Notes: generated from the letters alone by a model not told the origin. DNA of 64,000 bases from Octopus sinensis (GCF_006345805.1 NC_043014.1:16554001-16618000); one strand, 5' to 3'; shown: positions 1 to 12,049, counted from the stretch's first letter. Program-made: numbers and translations.

Positions 1-1079
1 GACGTCATTCATACACAAATTCCGTGTGTGTGTGTGTACAACAAAGTCTATATTGAACTTTGTGACGATCGTTGGATATTGTGTACTCAAAACATGAGTT
101 AGACCTGTAGTAGATATTATAGCCTCTCTCTCTTCACCAACTGGAACACTGTTCAATGAAGCCACCGCATACATACATATGTATACACACCACAAGAAAT
201 ACATGCGGACATGCCTCAACTTAGGTAGTTCCGAGGGTAAAAAACGGAAAAAATAAACCTCAACTGCAGTCGATTCATCCGTTCTCGGCAAACATTAAAA
301 AGCATATAAATTTGAAAAAAAAACCAAAAAAAAACACTTAAAAAACCAATGCTTCAGAGAGAAAGTCACTAAAATACATGTGAAAACTTGTACAAATCAT
401 TTATTAAAACATACAAGCTAAGAATTTTGAAATGCTTTTCTTTTTGGGATCTTTAGCCGCATGTTCTGGAACCAACTGTCGATGAAAATTGAGGCGTGCT
501 CCTGTGTATGTGTAAGGATATATGTGTGCTTGCGTTCCGGTGTTGTTTCCTTTACACATGGAAAGCGAAGCAGATGTGATAGTATAGTAATACACATCTC
601 TTTGTCTCTTTTTAAGTTTCAGTCACGAGATTGTGGTCACGATGAGGTACAACACATTAAAAATTTCACGGATCATAGCAATCCGAGTAGTTTATCGTTC
701 CCTATTTGACGAACAGACAAGTTACAAGACAATGTTAGCAGGTTAGAGAAGTTAGTGGGTTTGTAACCTGATGTCATAAGAACTCTAAATTTCCGAAAGA
801 ACGTGAAGTCATTTTTTTGGAACAGTGGATCTCGAAAGCACTTAAAGCTATAATCGCATGCAAATATTGAGTTGAAAAACCCCCTTCGATAGAAAAGGTT
901 GAAGGCTGCTGCGCTCTGAAATCCACAGTTCCAATATATACATCCACCACATTTTTTTCCCCTCCTCAATCTTTTCTGTCTTTGACTTTTAGCATTCTCT
1001 CGAGAGTCAAACTAAAAAACCTACTTGTTGCCCGTCACCTGTCTTCGCTTTTTGTTTTCTATAAATAGGGAACTATATA

Positions 1080-1207
1080 CAGGGTGATTCAAAAAAGTCC
1101 ATACATAAGAACAATATTTTTTATAAGAAACAGTTTTTTAAAATTTAACTGATTTCTTATAAAAAAATAAATTTTTCCTATGTATGGTGATTTTTTCAAT
1201 CACCCTG
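1080..1207. mobile_element. Tc1/mariner-type MITE (128 bp)
   Basis: TIRs CAGGGTGATT(C/G)AAAAAA...CATACATA at both ends; TA at 1078-79 and 1208-09. Confidence 0.8.
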
Positions 1208-1230
1208 TATAAATTTTTTCTCTCCTTGTT

Positions 1231-1268
1231 TCTTTATGTGGAAGAGCGTAGGCTCGAAAAGTAAAAGA
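1231..1268 (+). ncRNA. degenerate minimal hammerhead-like motif
   Basis: TCTTT-ATGTGGA-A-GAGC(GTAG)GCTC-GAAA-AG-T-A-AAAGA: stems I and II intact, CUGANGA core decayed. Confidence 0.45.
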
Positions 1269-1621
1269 CTTTTCAATTCCTGAGCGTTATACTCTACATC
1301 TGTTTGGTTTCTACCACCACCTGTCTTCGCCTTTTGCTTTTTTTCGTGAATTCTCCCTATATATATATATATATATAATATTATATATATAATATATAGG
1401 GGGAGAGAGAGAGAGGAGAGAGAGAGAGACAACACAGAGACAGAGAGAGACGGGAGGGAGGAGGGAGGGGGAAGGTACGTGTCCGAATAGCGACATAAAG
1501 AAGAACCTCCAGTGCGAACCAGAAAATAGATGTTTATACATGCGTCCATAATACTATAGTTTCAAAAATACATGGAACAAAAAAAATTAACCATCTTATA
1601 CAACATGAATACATATGTAAG

Positions 1622-1652
<31 letters not shown>

Positions 1653-1726
1653 CGCATGTGTTGGTGCGGTGTGTATAGATTGTATATATACTATATTATA
1701 TATAATATATATATATATATATATAC

Positions 1727-2023
1727 TTTATTTTAAAGCAGCAGAAAAATTCAACAAAACCTGTTACTCTGAGTTTCCGTTGCCGTTCATCGGACAGTTT
1801 TTGCTAGCACAAAAACTGTTTCTGCTGCTTTATATAAAGCATATTACTCTACCACTGGTATTTGAGTACTACCGGATATATTAACACAAATAAATTGTGA
1901 AACAAGGTGGAAAAAAAGAGTACTCAAATACCAGTGGTCAATTAGAGTAATCTTTATTTAAAGCAGCAGAAAACAGTTTTTGCTAGCAAAAACTGTCCGA
2001 TGAATGGCAACGGGAAACTCAGA
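1727..2023. repeat. fold-back (inverted) arrangement of PLE terminal-repeat fragments
   Basis: about 1767-1872 is the imperfect reverse complement of about 1917-2023; inner palindromes ACAGTTTTTGCTAGC(AC)AAAAACTGT. Confidence 0.7.
1761..1797 (-). ncRNA. minimal hammerhead-like motif, U4C variant
   Basis: minus strand CTGT-CCGATGA-A-CG(GCAA)CG-GAAA-CTCAGAG-T-A-ACAG; truncated second copy on + at 1993-2023. Confidence 0.6.
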
Positions 2024-2304
2024 AAAAATATAGCTAGATAATTGTGTTTTTTCTCTTATCCTTATCTGGCGTTTATGTCTGTATCTGGGGCCGACCGTAA
2101 ACGGATACGAATGTCAACTTCCTGCTTATATGTTGGTGGGACGGTGAGAAATTCATGTCAGCTGTCTCCATGACTATAAACCATGTCCACTCATAATAGC
2201 TAAATGAATTTAAAGAACATTGCTTATTGTTCACATCGCTTATCTGGTATGAAATCCCAATAAAACACTTTCCCATCTAAAGGGTGAATTTTGCCGTTGT
2301 ATAC

Positions 2305-2508
2305 GAGGATTGCTGAAAAGTTCCTGGCTTTTGAGGTTAAAAGGAAATACAGAAGGATCAGTTGGTTATGATTTTATACAATGTATATTGTATTGTTAAC
2401 AGGTCCTTCAGTTTTCTAGGCCCTGTACGAGATATCGGAAGGTTGATGCCTCCAGCCAGGCCTTTCGCGACACCCTAGAGGGCGGGAATGTTTCAGCATT
2501 CCCCTCGT
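2305..2508. mobile_element. decayed mariner-type MITE
   Basis: left end TACGAGGATTGCTGAAAAG, right end TTTCAGCATTCCCCTCGT (imperfect TIRs). Confidence 0.5.
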
Positions 2509-2826
2509 GTGTGTGTGTGTGTAACAAAACAGGAGGTATATTTCCACGCAGGGAAAAAATTTAGGAAAATTTGTTGTTTGAAAATGCCCCTACCAAATTT
2601 GAAAAACTTGTAATTGTTTTTTAAATATAAATATATTACACACATACCAAACTAGTTTTCAAACGCTATTTTTTGTGTGTCAATGGTTAAAAAATTAAAT
2701 TATGAATTAGGAAAACATGTTTAAATGTTTCAATAATATCAAATATAATTTAAATATTCATAACATTCAAAATATAAAAATTGGGGATCATTGTTTAAAT
2801 GCACAAAATCAATAAAGTTAGAAGTG

Positions 2827-2867
<41 letters not shown>

Positions 2868-2943
2868 ATATATATATATGACCGCGTGTGTATCGTTGGC
2901 GATTTTTTTCCCGTCTCCCTTCCTTGGATCTTTCCTTTCCTAT

Positions 2944-2977
2944 GTTTCTCACGAAGAGCTCGCTCGACACGTTAAAT
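2944..2977 (+). ncRNA. degenerate minimal hammerhead-like motif (PLE terminus)
   Basis: GTTT-CTCACGA-A-GAGC(TC)GCTC-GACA-CG-T-T-AAAT; two core lesions. Confidence 0.45.
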
Positions 2978-3230
2978 CCCCCTTCTTTCTTTCCTTCTTG
3001 AGCGTCCAATAACACCTCTAACTGTTCCACGCCTCGCGTTGTGGTGTGTTTCTCTTTGTGGTTTCATGTTAGGATTAACTATATTATATTTACGGAGATG
3101 TACTTGCATAGCGAGTGACTTGATCTGAAATTCGTATGCTGGAACGAAACCAATTGCAGCATGGAAGGTGTTTATAAGCATTTAAGAAACAAACACAAAA
3201 CCGTTAGATTCACTTCAACATTTAATTTAA

Positions 3231-3278
3231 TTTGTCAAAATATTTTCGTCGCTTTGGACCGCGATGTTCACTGACAAA
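3231..3278 (-). ncRNA. minimal hammerhead-like motif with G3:C8 core swap
   Basis: minus strand TTTGTCA-GTGAACA-TCGC(GGTCCAAA)GCGA-C-GAAA-ATAT-T-T-TGACAAA; 7-bp stem I, palindromic AATATT stem III. Confidence 0.6.
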
Positions 3279-3406
3279 ACTTAGTGCTGCATCTGTGCAT
3301 ATAATATATTATATATATAATATTATATGTATATATTATATATACATACATATATATTATATATAGAATATTATATATATATAATGTATATATATTATAT
3401 ATATAT

Positions 3407-3440
<34 letters not shown>

Positions 3441-3607
3441 TTACACACACAAAACAAACCCTTATCTGCCGTTTTCTTTCGTTTTCAGGATGATAGGCTG
3501 CAATTCAGGTGCCGGGGGTGGTAGCAGAATCGTAATGAAGATGAACAAAAAAGATTAGCAATATTTCTTCCGGTTTCTTTACTTCTGTGTTCAATTCCGC
3601 CAAGTTA

Positions 3608-3910
3608 TTTTACCTTTCATCTTTTCGTGCTCGATAAAATATTATCAGTTGAGCATCGGGTTGATGTAATCAACCAACCTCTTTCCCCAGCAAAAGTACT
3701 GACCTTGTGCCAAAATTTGAAGATATTATTACATTTTAGCACATCTGACAAAATGATTGATAATATTTTTTTTTTTGTTATTTGCGTTTCGATTTCAAAA
3801 TGCCGCTTTCATAGTTTTGGGGCCGATAAAATTAGTTCTAGCTGAGCACTGGAGTCGATGTCATGACTTCACCCCACCTAAAATTTGCAGGCTTTGAGCC
3901 AAAATTAGAA
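3608..3910 (+). mobile_element. two fragments of the TTTCATCC..CGATAAAAT SINE family
   Basis: similar to the fuller copies at 20043-20465. Confidence 0.55.
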
Positions 3911-4173
3911 AAACAAAATTAAAAATTAGTAAGCTGTAATTTGAAAGACACTAACTGCCATTTCTAGCATACGGAACAGTCACATGCATTTTGCCATTAA
4001 CCCGTCAAGGATTTAGAAATTTATAAATATCGGTTATATGCTAATGGAATCGTACTGATAGCTATTTTAATTTCACTTCCATCCAGTTAAATACTGACGG
4101 CGCTGACATTGACTTTATTATTCCTGTATTAGTAAAATGAATACCAGTCATATACTAGGTTGGATACGCATAT

Positions 4174-4417
4174 ACAGGGTCATGCAAAATGATCTGACAC
4201 ATCTGTAGGTTAAATAAAAGGCAAATGAATTAAAGAAACAAAAAAGTGTTTTTATTTTTGAAAAGTACATATAATGCCATTTTGTTTCATCATGTTTTAA
4301 AACTTAAATCAGTCAAATGGGATCCATTATTGTCCACACACTGTCGAAGGCATTCACGAAAGTTGTCAATACTCGGCGGGTCATTTCATGTGGAATGGCA
4401 GTATTTCTTGACGAATT
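4174..4417 (-). mobile_element. Tc1/mariner element 3' end with transposase C-terminus remnant, cut by the gap
   Basis: TA-CAGGGT terminus; minus translation AIPHEMTRRVL.. resembles Tc1/mariner transposase C-termini. Confidence 0.6.
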
Positions 4418-4517
4418 NNNNNNNNNNNNNNNNNNNNNNNNNNNNNNNNNNNNNNNNNNNNNNNNNNNNNNNNNNNNNNNNNNNNNNNNNNNNNNNNNNN
4501 NNNNNNNNNNNNNNNNN
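4418..4517. other. assembly gap (100 N)
   Basis: run of N. Confidence 1.
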
Positions 4518-5880
4518 ACCATCCGAACGTGGCCGTTGCCAGTTCAGCCTCCACTGGCTTTTGTGCCGGTGGCACATAAAAAGCACCATCCGAACGTGAC
4601 CGATGCCTACCCCGCCTCGAATGGCTTCTGTGCCGGTGGCACATGAATATTGAACCAAATATCAATGGAAACAGTAGTTGTCATACCTGTGCCGGTGACA
4701 CATAAAAAGCACCATCCGAACGTGGCCGTTGCCAGTGCAGCCTCCACTGGCTTCTGTGCCGGTGGCACATAAAAAGCACCACCCGAACGTGACCGATGCC
4801 AACCCCGCCTCGAATGGCTTCTGTGCCGGTGGCACATGAATATTGAACCAAATATCAATGGAAACAGTAGTTGTCATACCTGTGCCGGTGACACATAAAA
4901 AGCACCATCCGAACGTGGCCGTTGCCAGTGCAGCCTCCACTGGCTTCTGTGCCGGTGGCACATAAAAAGCACCACCCGAACGTGACCGATGCCAACCTCG
5001 CCTCGAATGGCTTCTGTGCCGGTGGCACATGAATATCGAACCAAATATCAATGGAAACAGTAGTTGTGATACCTGTGCCGGTGACACATAAGAAGCACTA
5101 TCCGAACATGGCCGTTGCCAGTGCAGCCTCCACTGGCTTCTGTGCCGGTGGCACATAAAAAGCACCACCTGAACATGACCGATGCCAACCCCGCCTCGAA
5201 TGGCTTCTGTGCCGGTGGCACATGAACATCGAACCAAATATCAATGGAAACAGTAGCTGTGATACCTGTGCCGGTGACACATAAAAAGCACCATCCGAAC
5301 GTGGCCGTTGCCAGTGCAGCCTCTACTGGCTTCTGTGACTGTGGCACATAAAAAGCACCATCCGACCGTGACCGATGCCAACCCCGCTTCGAATGGCTTC
5401 TGTGCCGGTGGCACAGAAAAAGCACCATCCGAACGTGGCCGATGCCAGCACCGCCCCGACTGGCTTCTGTGCCGGTGGCACATAAAAAGCACCATCCGAG
5501 CGTGACCGACGCCAGCACCGCCTCAACTGGCTTCTGTGCCGGTGGCACATAAAAAGCACCAAACCGATCGTGGGATCCCGGAACATCTCGCTGTGCTTGA
5601 GGAGACCTGTTGAGTCAAGTGCATGTACATGAACATCGAACCAAATATCAATGGAAACAGTAGTTGTGACACCCGTGCCGGTGACACATAAAAAGCACCA
5701 TCCAAATGTGGCCGTTGCCAGTGCAACCTCCACTGGCTTCTGTGCCGGTGGCACATAAAAAGCACCATCCGAACGTGACCGATGCCAGCACCGCCTTGAC
5801 TGGCTTCTGTGCCGGTAGCACATAAAAAAAGCACCAACTGATCGTTGCCGATGCCAGACCCCTCTGGCACCTGTGCAGGT
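4518..5880 (+). repeat. minisatellite array; 67/67/59-bp subunits forming a 193-bp higher-order repeat
   Basis: CCAAATATCAATGG recurs at 4655, 4848, 5041, 5234 (period 193); constant node TGTGCCGGTGGCACATAAAAAGCACC. Confidence 0.95.
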
Positions 5881-6064
5881 GGCACGTAAAAAGCACCCAC
5901 TACACTCACGGAGTGGTTGGCGCTAGGAAGGGCATCCAGCTGTAGAAACACTGCCAGATCAGACTGGAGCCTGAGGCAGCCCCTGGCTCCCCAGACCCCG
6001 GTCAAACCGTCCAACCCGTGCTAGCGCGGAAAACGGACGTTAAACGATGATGATGATGATGATG
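5880..6064 (+). mobile_element. RTE-type 3' tail module ending in (GAT)n
   Basis: GGAAGGGCATCCAGCTGTAGAAAC...GGAAAACGGACGTTAAAC(GAT)n; same tail follows the RTE ORF at 43050-44707. Confidence 0.85.
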
Positions 6065-6320
6065 ATATATGTATATATATATGTATGTATATATGTATAT
6101 ATATATGTATGTATATATATATATGTATGTATATATATATGTATGTATATATATATATATGTATATATATGTATATATATATGTATGTATATATATATAT
6201 GTATGTATATATATATATATACGTATATATATATGTATGTATATATATATTATGTATCTATGTATATATATGTATGTATATATATATATATGCATATATG
6301 TTTGTTTATATATGTATGTA

Positions 6321-6342
<22 letters not shown>
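6063..6342. repeat. compound (TA)/(TATG) microsatellite
   Basis: direct reading. Confidence 0.95.
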
Positions 6343-6351
<9 letters not shown>

Positions 6352-9300
6352 TTTCTCTAGTTTCAGCTCAGAGCTGCGGCCATGCTAATGCACCGCCGTT
6401 TTGTGCTACACTGTTATTGCGAAGAACCTCGTCTAATATGTGGCACTTGGTGAAGAATGGAGTTTGATATAGCTACTCTCATTTGCATCTCTTGCCGTGA
6501 GGTAGGTTCATCTGGGACTCTCGACAGGAAGATGTCCAGCTTTTATTTAAAAACTGCTACATCTACTTTGTGCAAGTTCCTCATACTCTTTGGGAGAATA
6601 TTAAAAAGCTGTGGGCCCTTGAAACCCAGGCTGTTGCAGAAGCTGGTCCTGAAGTGTGATGGCATTGCTGGGATATTTGGCACTATGCAGTGTCGTCCTG
6701 TTCTAGCATTAGTGTAGCTTACAATGCCAAAATTTGGCACAATTCTTTCCAGGATCATCCAGACATATATTACTGCATACCTCTCCTGTCTTCTCTCCAG
6801 GGAGTAGAGTCTTAGCTGTTTCAACCTTTCCCAGTAGCTGAGCTGTTGCAAAGAGATGATCTTCTTTGTGAATCTTCTCTGGATTGCTTCAAGGTCCGCT
6901 GTTAATTTTACACTGGTGGGTGACCATAGCTATGAGCAGTAATCCAGGCGGCTGAGGACGAATGTCCACCAGAGGACCATCATAGTTTCCTTATCTCTGG
7001 TTCTAAATGTTCTCAGGATCCACCCAGTCAGTCGTCTGCACTTTGTCGCCATCCTGGTAATGTGCACTTGGAAAGAGGTATCATCACTCATGTCGATACC
7101 CAGGTCCCTCACAGACTTAGGCTCTGGGATTGAAATTCCCTGTGGACCGGTGTATCCTGTAAGTTTGATATTCAGTTTTGGATGCTGGTAGTGCAGGGCC
7201 TGGAATTTTTCAGCATTAAACTGCATATTATTATCCTCAGCCCATCTGTAGATTGAGTCCAACTCCTGCTGCAGGTGTGCAACATCGCTGGGGTTCTGTA
7301 TTTTCTGCGAGACTTTCGTATCGTCTGCATAGCTGGCCTGAGTGACTATCCGGGAATTTGAGGGCATATCTGAGAGGGCCACTATAAAAAGCAGTGGTCC
7401 CAAGACAGTGCCCTGTGGAACACCGCTCATTATTTGTGTGTTCATAGAGGTGGCTCCATTAACCACTACTGCCTGACTCCTATCTTTCAGGAAGTCATGT
7501 AACCACACTCCAAGTTTTCCAGCTATGCCGAGGTCATGCAGTTTGTGGCATATCATACCATGATCCACCTTGTCAAAAGCTTTTGCAAAATCAAGGTAGA
7601 TTACATCCGCATTTGATTTGTTGAGTAACTGCCTCAACACCCAGTCATAATGTTGTAAGAGCTGGGTCAGGCAGCTCCTACCTGGTCGAAAACAATGCTG
7701 GGTATCACTCAGCAAGTTATTTTCCTCAAGGAATGCGATTAGTTTCTTTCTGACTATCCGTTCCATGACTTTGCTGATGTGGGAAGTCAGAGAGATAGGC
7801 CTATAGTTTTTGGCATCTGCTCTACTTCCCCCTTTATGTATTGGGCATATTATTCCCTCCTTCAGCTTGCTTGGCAGTTTGCCATTCGCAAGAAAGCTCT
7901 AGAAGAGAATCTTGAGGGGTTTTGCCAGGGCATGCTTACACGCTTTGAGGAGGATGGCTGGGAAACCATCTGGACCAGCAGCTGAGTTTGCGTCCACTTC
8001 ATCTATGGCTAGTAGGACATCTTTTTCGCTTATGTCAATACATTCTATTGTAACCGCCTCGCTGGTTATAGATGAGGCGGCAAAGAAGTCCACTGGTTCG
8101 TTCACTTGTCTGTGTTTCAACGGTGTGGTAAAGACACTTTTGAATTTGTCATTCAGCATCTCACTGATCTTAGTTGGACTGTCTGTGCGGGAGCCATCCT
8201 TTTGGAGGAGGGGTCCTATCTTGTAGTGCACTGAGAGTGTTTCTTTCACGTAATGAAAGAAGGCCTTTGGGTTTGATTTAATATTTTTTATAACCCAGGC
8301 TTCTTTGTCTGCTTTCTCCTTCACATAGGATTGTTGCAGCCTTTTTTCGATCTCCATCAGTGTTGTTTTTAGGCGGGACGTTTCGCTACTTTTGGGATGT
8401 AGGTTGAGACGATTTGCAGCCTTCGTCCGTTGTTTCATGAGGATCTTCCTGTCTCTTGGAATCTTGCTCCTATTTGTTTTGGCCTTGTGCTCTGGGACAT
8501 ATTTCTGGCATACGGCTTGCACAGAAGACATGAAACATTCTAGTTTCATGTCAATATCTGGTGTGGAGAGACATTCCGGCCAGTCCTCTCTGAGGATCTC
8601 TTTTTGGATCGATTTCCAAACTGCTTTATGGAAGTTCAGATTGGAGAGATTTCGGGTGCTTCCTTTAGGTTACTTTTGGCCCAAACATAGACAGCTCTAT
8701 TATGTTGTGATCCAAAACTGATGTTGGTTTCACTTTCACATCATGAATGATGTCCGTATTGTTCGTGAAGCAGAGATCCAGAATGTTATTCGCCCTAGTC
8801 GGCTTGAGTACAACTTGCTCCATGAATAAGGCATTGGTGAGGTTGAGCAGGGACTCCAGCTTTACTTGCTTGCAATGATTCATTCCTGAGAGTATGTGAC
8901 CTTCGGGCCATTTGACGTTGGGGAAGTTGAAATCACCCATAAGAAATATGGTCACGTGGTGTTCATAAGGATTTCTTTAATTCATGAGGATTTCTTTAAT
9001 TCTTGTGAGGCAATCTTTAAACTTGCCTCTGTGATTAGGGGCAACCGGTGGGCAATATGTATTGCATATGACTATATTATGTTGTCTTATGTATACAATT
9101 AAAGTGTCACATACCGAATTTGAGTATGTCATTAAGACCTGGGGTGTGAGGTCATCTCGGGTGTATACAGCAACTCCACCATGGCTCCTTTCCCTTCTGT
9201 CTGTTCGCAGTATGGCATAGTTTGGTATGTGTACTTCTGCGTCCTCTATATCAGGGTTGAGGTGAGTTTCCACAAGTGCTATGCATAGGGCTTGATTGCA

Positions 9301-9510
9301 TGCAGTAAAACCTCTCAGGAAAGAAATTTTGTTTCTATTTTGATGTAACAGGCCCCCAATATTTAGTAAAAGTATTGGGGTGACGGCTGTGCAGGCGTTA
9401 GGGGAGGCCATCCCATGTCTGTTGACTGCGGTGGTCTTGCATAGTGGTGGGCAGGGTTCCTTCTCTGTGCTTGCTGTAGCCAGGTTAGCTGCCGGACAAT
9501 TCTTTGCGCC
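6343..9510 (-). mobile_element. CR1/L2-group LINE, ORF2 (APE endonuclease + RT) broken by frameshifts/stops, with 3' tail
   Basis: ETH, GDFNFP, NILDL, DHN endonuclease motifs; LDFAKAFDKVDH, GVPQGTVLGPLLF, YADD RT motifs; LYSLERRQERY; T-run at 6343-6354 (poly-A on minus). Confidence 0.92.
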
Positions 9511-9537
9511 ATATGTATATGTATATATGTATGTATG

Positions 9538-9614
<77 letters not shown>

Positions 9615-9824
9615 GTGTGTATATATGTATGTGTATATATTGTATGTGTATATATGTATGTGTATATACGTATGTATATATGTATGTATATATATATATA
9701 TGTATGTATATATATGTATATATATATATATATAGATATATATGTATTTATGTTTATATATGTATATATTTATGTATATGTATGTATATATATATATATG
9801 TATGTATGTATATATGTATGTATG

Positions 9825-9857
<33 letters not shown>

Positions 9858-10168
9858 GTATGTATATATATATATGTATGTATATATGAATGTATATATA
9901 TATATGTATGTATATATATATGTAATGTATATATATATATATATGTATGTATATATATATGTATGTATATATGTGTATATATATATGTATGTATATATGT
10001 ATATATATATATATGTATGTATATATGTGTATATATATATATATGTATGTATATATGTGTATATATATATATATGTATGTATATATGTGTGTATATATAT
10101 ATGTATATATGTATATATATATATATGTATGTATATACATATATGTATATATATATGTATATATATAG
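9511..10168. repeat. compound (TA)/(TATG) microsatellite
   Basis: direct reading. Confidence 0.95.
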
Positions 10169-10795
10169 AAAAAGGAGGAGCCATGGTGGAGTTGCAATGT
10201 ACATCCGAGATGACCTCATGCCCCAGGTCCTGTTGTCATATTCAAACTCAGTGTGTGACACTCAAATTGTACACATAAGACAACTGAATATCGTCATATG
10301 CACTACATATCGCCCACCAGATGCCCCAAATCACCCTGTTAGGCATGTTTGAAGACTGCCTAACAAAAATAGGAGAAGTCCTCACCAACCTTGAACAACA
10401 CAACAGTGTATTCTTCATAGCTGACTTTAACTTCTCCAATGTGGAATGGCCTGGGGGGGCAGATGCTCTCAGGGATGACACACCATCAGCAGGCACAGGC
10501 AGTGTCCCTGCACCATCTCACAAATGCCTGTTTCATGGAGCAAATAGTTCTGTAACCAACAAGGGCAGATAATATACTGTATCTCTGCTTCACAAACAAT
10601 ATGGATATTATCCATAATGTTAAAGTGATGCCGACAATGATCTCAGATCACAACATAATAGAGCTGTCTACGTATGGACCAAAATCCCCCGTAGACACAC
10701 AGCCTATACGAAGCATCCACCATCTCTCCAACTTAAACTTTCATAAAGCAAACTGGTAGTTGATTGAGAAAGAGATCCTTAAACGGGATTGGTTC
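10169..10795 (+). mobile_element. CR1/L2-group endonuclease fragment related to 6343-9510
   Basis: [33 protein letters not shown] matches the minus-strand copy near 9050-9190. Confidence 0.85.
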
Positions 10796-11340
10796 ATCTG
10801 AGACTCCCGACAAGAAGAGATCCAGTTTAGTTTTAAAGAAACCCACATCCACACCATGTAAGTCTCTCAGGCATTTAGGGAGGATGTTAAAGAGCTGTGG
10901 TCCTCTGAAACCCAAGCTGTTGCAGTATCTGGTCCTGTATTTTGATGGTGATGTTGGAATCTTTGGCACCATGCAGTGGCGCCCCGTTCTGCGGTTCGGG
11001 CAACTTTGAATGCCAAAGTTTGGGACCAGACCCTCCAGGATTTTCCAGATGTATATCACTGCATATCTCTCCCGCCTTCACTCTAGGGAGAAGAGGTTTA
11101 ATACTTTCAGTCTTTCCCAGTAGCTGATATTTTGCATTGAGACGATCTTCTTTGTGTAGCTTCTTTGAATTGCTTTGAGTTCTGCTGTTAGTTTTACATT
11201 GTGTGGTGACCATCGTTGGGAGCAGTAGTCCAAGCGGCTGAGGATGAATGTTTTCCAGAGGACCATTAGTGTCTCCTTCTCTCTTGTTCTAAAAGTTTGG
11301 AGAATCCATCCAGCTAGCCATCTGCATTTTATCACCAGAT
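10796..11340 (-). mobile_element. CR1/L2-group ORF2 C-terminal fragment fused tail-to-tail with the endonuclease fragment
   Basis: LSRLDYCS..LFSLE, NSLGFRGPQLFNILP..SDEP, then abrupt switch of strand. Confidence 0.85.
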
Positions 11341-11601
11341 TAGTATGTATATATATATATGTATATTTATATATATATATGTATCTATATATATGTATAA
11401 CATATATGTATCTATATATGTATATACATATATATATATGTATATATATATATGTATATATATATATACGTATATATATAATATGTATATATTATATATA
11501 TATGTATATGTATATATAATATATTATATATATATATTATATATTATATATATTATATATTATATATATATATGTGTGTGTGTGTGCGTGTGTGTGTGTG
11601 T

Positions 11602-11912
11602 GGAGGCGCAATGGCCTAGTGGTTAGTGCAGCGGACTCGCGGTCGTAGGATCGCGGTTTCGATTCCCAGACCGGGCGTTGTGAGTGTTTATTGATCGAAA
11701 ACACCTAAAGCTCCACGAGGCTCCAGCAGTGAGTGGTGGCGATCCCTGCTGTACTCTTTCGCCACAACTTTCTCTCACTCTTTCTTCCATTGGCCTGTTC
11801 GCTTAGCCTGCGGGGTGGCGTCATTTGAAGGCTAAAAGAATGTGAAGCGCATTGTGACCAGCGATGTGTAACAACATCTGATGGCCTGGTCGGTCACGGT
11901 GATCACGGTGAT
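11602..11912 (+). mobile_element. tRNA-derived SINE with an RTE-like 3' tail
   Basis: A box TGGCCTAGTGG, B box GGTTTCGATTCC; tail matches the 3' end of the RTE at 57005-57034. Confidence 0.85.
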
Positions 11913-12049
11913 ATATATATAGATATATGTAATTATATATATGTATCTATATATATGTATCTATATATATGTATATATATATGTATATATATATATATAT
12001 GTAATTATATGTATCTATATATATGTATATATATGTATATATATATCTA

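Larger units (their letters stand above)
930..1345 (+). mobile_element. Penelope-like terminal-repeat remnants, partial tandem, interrupted by a MITE
   Basis: CACCTGTCTTCGC block repeated near 1037 and 1318; hammerhead-like motif at 1231-1268; ends in (TA)n. Confidence 0.5.

Noticed and set aside
4246-4665. ORFs spanning the N run
   Set aside because: Artefacts of the assembly gap
4518-5880. CRISPR array
   Set aside because: Spacers recur periodically and are related to each other; no cas genes; eukaryotic context; tied to a retroposon tail
11602-11680. tRNA gene (also 15450-15527 and other SINE heads)
   Set aside because: A/B boxes present but no complete cloverleaf; continues into SINE body and tail
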